A stretch of DNA of 64,000 nucleotides, taken from positions 32,001-96,000 of the forward strand of contig CAVWBU010000032.1 of NCBI GenBank assembly GCA_963753345.1. Direction: 5' to 3'. Below are positions 61,892-64,000 of this stretch, in pieces; positions within the stretch are counted from its first letter, which is position 1; every line of letters starts with the position of its first letter. The notes beneath the pieces were generated by a model. It did no database searches and was not told where the DNA came from. It was given only the letters and a program-made list of their open reading frames with translations. The translations under genes and the position numbers were made by a program. The DNA comes from an uncultured Fibrobacterota bacterium (GTDB taxonomy: Bacteria; Fibrobacterota; Chitinivibrionia; Chitinivibrionales; FEN-1185).

Positions 61892-62748
61892 ACGGTTTTC
61901 CTCTTGTCGTCGAGCTCGGCGATGCGGGAGGCGGTTTCGCTCAGCGGGAAAAGCTGGAAATTGAACTGATACACCTGGCTGCTTCCCTCGTCACGGTTGA
62001 CAATAGAGATGACCCGTTCCTTGAACGCGGCGAGCTCGGCGAGCAGCACTTCGTAGCAAGGCCGGGAAATGCCCATGGTGATGCCCGAGATGTTCCGCGC
62101 TTCGGGCGGGAGCGATTCGTTCGAATCGCGGGCCAAAAGAAGCATGGTGCTGTTGAACGAGCGGCGCGCAAGCGACAGAATGTCGGAGCCGCTCGTGATC
62201 GCCGCATTCGTCTGTTTGTAGGTTCCCTTCTTCTGCTTCTTCACCAGATTGAGCCGCAGCAAAAGCTGCACGGACTGCCTGGCGTCCCTCGGCGCAATCG
62301 CGGGCCGAACGCATTTCGCAAGCAGTTCCCAGTCGTCGCAGAAGTCGTACAGGCATATCAGCTCGCGGATCGCGCTGTTGTGCCATTTCTCAAAATATAC
62401 GTATTGGTCCGCGGTGAGGCGATGCTCGTTCACATAATCAATCATCGACAGCATTACGCTGTAGTGTTCCTGCTTCTCAAAGGCCGTCTTCGACTGATTG
62501 AACTGCACGAGGTGCCGGAAGAACGAGGCCTCCTTTTTGTTCAGGTTGAGCGCGCCGATGAATTTTTCAATGGCCTGCAGGGTGAGATTGCGCTCGCCCT
62601 CGATGACCTGCTTGAGAAAGACAGGGGACTTTATGTTCGCCTTGTTGGAAAAATACCGGTAGGAAAAGAATTGCGTGGTCTTCTTTTTTTCGTTATAGTA
62701 GTCCGCAAGGAATTTTCTGTAGTCGATGTATTTGAAGATCTTTTCCAT
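61888..62748 (-). CDS. TIGR02147/DUF4423 family protein
   Basis: IF.Y.DYR.FL.DYY..FSYR.F, G.RNL, W..SAIREL, R.IS..T, VYQ.NFQLFPL. Confidence 0.88.
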   Translation of the reverse strand: MEKIFKYIDYRKFLADYYNEKKKTTQFFSYRYFSNKANIKSPVFLKQVIEGERNLTLQAIEKFIGALNLNKKEASFFRHLVQFNQSKTAFEKQEHYSVMLSMIDYVNEHRLTADQYVYFEKWHNSAIRELICLYDFCDDWELLAKCVRPAIAPRDARQSVQLLLRLNLVKKQKKGTYKQTNAAITSGSDILSLARRSFNSTMLLLARDSNESLPPEARNISGITMGISRPCYEVLLAELAAFKERVISIVNRDEGSSQVYQFNFQLFPLSETASRIAELDDKRKTV

Positions 62749-62894
62749 ATATATGAATTTACCACAAGAGAACGGCCGCGAACACCTTAAAATGGAGGAA
62801 AAAAGAAGTATATGTATTCACGTTGTATACATGGGGGGTTGTAAGATTTTGATATAAAGTGAATTGTGAGATGGAAGGACAAGTAACTAAAATA

Positions 62895-63326
62895 TTTGGT
62901 GGGGGAAGTTTCCCCCTGGGGTACAACCAACCGGCGAATGGAATATGCAATTTCTATACAGGCCGGTTGTTTGCACCCACACCCCCTCGTGGGTAGCCCC
63001 CAAGTAAGTTGCTTTGCAAGAAAGAAACTTTGGTTGCGGGGGCACCGAGAAAGAGAGTTGGAAAGCTGACGGTTGACAGTTGACAGCAGGACAATGAGAA
63101 GTCCTGACGGATTGTCTAATGATTCCGGCTGGCGCAAGAATATAACTTGACTGAAGAGATTACCGCTGCCGCGCGTTAGGCGCGACTGGAGGTCCCGCCG
63201 AAGCGGGATGCCGCCCGGACCCGGCCCTGTGGGCCATAGGGCCGAGGCGGCCCGGGGCCGAAGGCTGAGACGCGGAAGGAGAGCCGCCCCGCGCCTTTGC
63301 TCACGGAAGGCGCGGGGAACGCCCAA
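62895..63326 (+). repeat. Bipartite structured repeat, A+B composite
   Basis: A 62895-63057, heptamers 63057-63087, B 63147-63326. Confidence 0.9.
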
Positions 63327-63405
63327 GACATTGACTGAATTATAGAAGCCCGAGGTGCTTTCCTGAAAAATCATTATATTTAGGACATACCTGCACATAG
63401 GGGGA

Positions 63406-64000
63406 ATGGTGAGGCTGCACACACATCGAGGCCTGATAATTCTGTCAATGTTCGTAATTGCTCAATGCGCCTTTTCCGACGAATTTTCCCCCGACTCCAT
63501 CACCGCGCTTGCCCGAAAAGTCGTCAACTACCGTCTCAAAGGCGGTATTCAGAAACTGGGCGACGGGTTTGTCTCGCACTGGACCTGGGACGACGGCGCC
63601 TACATGACCGGCGTGATGGCGGCGTACCGGCTCACCAAGGATCAGAAATATCTCGACAGCGTTAAGGCGTGGGCGCAGGCGGTCAACTGGCAGACGCCCA
63701 ACGACAACGGCCTTTCGCGCAATCCGGACGACCAGTGCATCTGCCAGAGCTTCTGCGAGGCGTTCATGGTCGATCCCGTCCCCGCAAACCAGTTCATTAT
63801 TGCGAAATGGGAAGCCAACTATCACCTTAACTACGACAACCCGTACAGCCAGTGGTACTGGTGCGACGCCCTGTACATGGCGCCTCCCGCGATCTCCATG
63901 CTGGGTTCGATTACCGACAGTAGCAAGTACTACGATACACTTTCTGTCCAGTGGTGGTACTGGGCGGGACAGCTCTATGCTTCCCCGTATCATCTTTACT
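63406..64000 (+). CDS. Secreted GH105/GH88 family hydrolase (runs off window)
   Basis: Own translation: signal peptide, W.W..GAYMTGVMA.Y, NPDDQCICQ, WYWCDALYMAPP. Confidence 0.82.
   Translation, partial: MVRLHTHRGLIILSMFVIAQCAFSDEFSPDSITALARKVVNYRLKGGIQKLGDGFVSHWTWDDGAYMTGVMAAYRLTKDQKYLDSVKAWAQAVNWQTPNDNGLSRNPDDQCICQSFCEAFMVDPVPANQFIIAKWEANYHLNYDNPYSQWYWCDALYMAPPAISMLGSITDSSKYYDTLSVQWWYWAGQLYASPYHLY

Overview
A 64-kb, GC-rich bacterial chromosomal segment, most likely Fibrobacterota (Chitinivibrionia/Chitinispirillia-like), inferred from a TIGR02147-type gene, a DUF2341 lipoprotein and several secreted proteins with a shared C-terminal sorting-like tail. It carries housekeeping genes (polA, lysC, trpD, aroD, engB, mlaEFD, nfnAB, ygiQ, an HtrB-type acyltransferase), three tandem secreted GH2 enzymes, a GH105, two Ser/Thr kinases, a HigBA-type TA pair, an orphan DNA methyltransferase and a degraded low-GC island. 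About ten genes have single-base frameshifts and there is a poly-A tract, which looks like long-read consensus error. No rRNA, tRNA, CRISPR, transposase, integrase or reverse transcriptase was recognised. The most striking signal is non-coding: a dispersed, highly structured, bipartite repeat (module A ~140-170 nt, variable spacer, module B ~190 nt) in about 17 intergenic sites. It has fixed A-then-B order, compensatory base changes, interchangeable hairpin arms, a spacer that hosts other REP-like units and in one case a whole gene, a diverged duplicate of a host gene 3' end, and a local GC-skew switch around copies. All calls are by eye; repeat coordinates are approximate (about +/-5 nt) and no database searches were run.
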